Positions 61,813-64,000 of a stretch of DNA of 64,000 nucleotides are shown here, in pieces (the first letter of the stretch is position 1; each line of letters starts with the position of its first letter). A program made the position numbers and the translations under genes. The DNA lies in assembly GCA_016844925.1 (NCBI GenBank), contig JAERTI010000038.1, positions 130,936 to 194,935 on the forward strand, read 5' to 3'. The notes under the pieces are model-generated. The model made no database searches. It saw only the letters and a program-made list of their open reading frames with translations, and was not told the DNA's origin. Origin of the DNA: Candidatus Uhrbacteria bacterium (lineage in GTDB: Bacteria > Patescibacteriota > Patescibacteriia > UBA9934 > GWF2-40-263).

Positions 61813-62787
61813 CTACCGAGGTTGACGTGGGGCCCAGTAGTGGGCAACGTCGATGATCTCGGGGACCTGCCAGGGGCGCAGGAACGCGGCTGATCCGACG
61901 AAGATGCTTGTGGCACCAGCCTGGAAGAGGCTGATGGCATCTTCGGCACAGAGAATGCCGCCACCGGCGTTGATGTGGCCGGTGTAGCCCAGGCGTCGCG
62001 CCTCGAGTACCCAGTTGCGGACCAGGGGCAGGAGCGGCGCTCCGGAGAGATCGCCGCCCGTGTAGCCGCGCTTGACCAGCGGGGACTCGGGGTTGCTGCC
62101 GAAGTAGCGGTCCCAGTCGATCTGCTCAGGCAGGGCTCGCCACGGAATCGCGTTGGAGATGCAGATGCCGCTGCAGGCCGGGTGCCCCGCAAACTCGAGT
62201 GCGGTGTGCACTGGGTACAGCACGTTGATCTTCACGAAGATCGGAACTTCGAGCTCCTCCAGTATCTCGAGGATCTCGTTGACCTCGAGGTTGAGTTCGT
62301 GCAGGTCCACGTGGGTGTTCGGGCAGCTGATGTTCACCTGCAGTCCGAACGGTGCCTTGAAGGCGTGCTTGTGCGTGCGCAGAGCCGTCAGCAGCTCAAC
62401 GAACTCGATCAGGCGCAAGGCGTGATCGCCAGCCAAAGACATGAAGCTGATCAGGAACGGCTTGGTGCGCGTCTGCCACTTGCCGTCGGTCAGGTGGGCC
62501 ATGAACCCCTTGTTGGTCAGACCAACGGAGTTGAGGCCAACCGGATCGGCGCGCAGCGGCTTGGCGATGATGCAGTCCGGCAGCAGGCGCTTGTGCCAGG
62601 GGGCGTCCTCGCGAGGCATGTTGCCCTCGCGCGGCTCCCACGTGACCGTCTTGGCCACGAAGGTCATGCCCGAGAAGTTCAAGCCCAGCCATTGGGCAAC
62701 GCTGTGCCAGGAATACCCTTCGCCGTAGAACCCCTGAACGCCAGAGGCGCCCATGACGGGTCCAAAGTTGATGTTTGGTGTGGACAT
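61813..62787 (-). CDS. Class 1 dihydroorotate dehydrogenase-like flavoprotein, GC-rich unit
   Basis: ASG, AKTVT, LNSVGLTNKG, NISCPN, GGDLSG, GGGI, VGSA; SD AGGAGG. Confidence 0.85.
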   Translation of the reverse strand: MSTPNINFGPVMGASGVQGFYGEGYSWHSVAQWLGLNFSGMTFVAKTVTWEPREGNMPREDAPWHKRLLPDCIIAKPLRADPVGLNSVGLTNKGFMAHLTDGKWQTRTKPFLISFMSLAGDHALRLIEFVELLTALRTHKHAFKAPFGLQVNISCPNTHVDLHELNLEVNEILEILEELEVPIFVKINVLYPVHTALEFAGHPACSGICISNAIPWRALPEQIDWDRYFGSNPESPLVKRGYTGGDLSGAPLLPLVRNWVLEARRLGYTGHINAGGGILCAEDAISLFQAGATSIFVGSAAFLRPWQVPEIIDVAHYWAPRQPR

Positions 62788-62852
62788 CTTTCCTCCTGGC
62801 GCTCATTAAACGTTGGCAGAGCTCCTACGTCAAATGTTATACTTAGGCCGAT

Positions 62853-64000
62853 ATGAAACTCTTTAAACGTTGGTGGTTTTGGCTCATTGTTGTTGTGATT
62901 CTTGCGGTCGCAGCCTTTTTTCTTGTTCCACGCGAAGTGGAGCTTGTTTATGTAACAGAAACGGTCGAGGTGAGTGATCTGATTCAGACCGTTGATGCCA
63001 ATGGAGAAGTTGTCTCCATTGACGAGGTGGAACTTTCGTTTGATCTCTCCGGAACGATCGAGAGTGTCTTGGCGGCTGTGGGTGATGTGGTAGAAGTCGG
63101 CGACGTGCTTTTGCAGCTCGACACCACGGAACTTTCGGCAGACGTGAGTGCCGCGTATCAGGCCGTGCAGGTCGCGCTTTCCAATCTTGACCAGCAGCGC
63201 GCGGGTTCAACGGATGAAGCCATTGAGGTTGCCAGCCTCGCGGCGGATGCGGCGGGTGTGACAAAGACGATGGCCGATGTGGACGTGCTCGATGCAACAG
63301 AGTTACTTACGCTTACACAGGTGCGCTACAACGCTGACTCTGATTATGCCGGGGCAGTTGCGCAGACCGCATTAGATAATTACAACCAGACGGTTTCATC
63401 CAATGCATTGAGTCTTGCTGATGCCTATGATGATTTGTTGAGTGCGGCGTGGGCGGGTGTTGTTGAGGCCAGAGCTGGGCTTGGTCAAGCTGATGAAGTG
63501 CTAGGGGTGAACAACGGAGTGTTTAATGATGCGTATGAGACGGTACTCTCGGCACAGAATACTGGTGTGCTAGAGACGGCCCGCTCGGCGTTTGGAACGG
63601 CTGAGAATGCTCTTATTGACGCTGAGGGTGTCATTTTGTCTGCGGGGTATGCCGCAAGTTCTGGAACAATCGTGAGTGCAGCCGAGGCGGTTGAGGATGC
63701 TCTTGATGCCGTTTCTCGACTTTTGCTTTATACAGATCAGGTTGTACAGGGAACGGTGACAAGTGGATCGTTTACCGCAAGTGAGCTAAGTGCGCTCATT
63801 GACACGGTTGATGCGGCACGTCGTGCGGTTCAGATTGATCAAGCGGCGCTGCAGAATGCGTTCCAAGTGGTTTCAGGTGCGCTCATCGATGCCGATGCCG
63901 CTCTGGAAGATGCGGCGAATGCATTGAGTGAAGCGCAGGCAAATCTGGATGCGAAGGAATCTTTGGAGGCGTATTCTGTGGCCACAGCTGAGCAGGCTCT
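62853..64000 (+). CDS. Efflux membrane-fusion (HlyD/RND adaptor) protein, partial
   Basis: MKLFKRWWFWL TM; LSFDLSGTI..V...VGDVV..GDVL..LD lipoyl half-motif then coiled coil; runs off the window. Confidence 0.85.
   Translation, partial: MKLFKRWWFWLIVVVILAVAAFFLVPREVELVYVTETVEVSDLIQTVDANGEVVSIDEVELSFDLSGTIESVLAAVGDVVEVGDVLLQLDTTELSADVSAAYQAVQVALSNLDQQRAGSTDEAIEVASLAADAAGVTKTMADVDVLDATELLTLTQVRYNADSDYAGAVAQTALDNYNQTVSSNALSLADAYDDLLSAAWAGVVEARAGLGQADEVLGVNNGVFNDAYETVLSAQNTGVLETARSAFGTAENALIDAEGVILSAGYAASSGTIVSAAEAVEDALDAVSRLLLYTDQVVQGTVTSGSFTASELSALIDTVDAARRAVQIDQAALQNAFQVVSGALIDADAALEDAANALSEAQANLDAKESLEAYSVATAEQA

Overview
Bacterial chromosomal segment (standard code 11). The gene repertoire points to Patescibacteria/CPR, probably Parcubacteria; this is inference from the stand-alone mraZ-rsmH-ftsL, VirD4-like ATPase, orphan pilM/pilin/pilD, split VKOR+Trx and near absence of biosynthetic operons. 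Three layers are visible. (1) A housekeeping backbone: mraZ, rsmH, cysS, dnaX, dusB, rimK-like, lepA, recJ, rnhA, ligA, gatCA, lgt, dnaG, rpoD, tRNA-Gln and tRNA-Ser. Many of these genes have a -10 box only about 7-12 nt upstream of the ATG and no Shine-Dalgarno. (2) An AT-richer ~9.4 kb element integrated in tRNA-Gln(CUG), bounded by a 31-bp direct repeat (12442-12472 / 21787-21817). It carries an integrase, an excisionase, a structured leader, a candidate two-gene defence module (small HEPN-like protein + 1013-aa helical protein) and two methyltransferases. (3) About ten dispersed, visibly GC-rich, self-contained one-gene units, most with their own TTGACn-17-(-10) promoter, a strong SD and 3' hairpins. 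The most striking unexplained feature is a ~960-nt transcription unit at 23.1-24.1 kb. It has a ~430-nt, densely base-paired multibranch leader whose 5' end pairs with the SD of a 116-aa membrane ORF, followed by another structured ~180-nt 3' region. All structure and family calls were made by eye and need computational confirmation.
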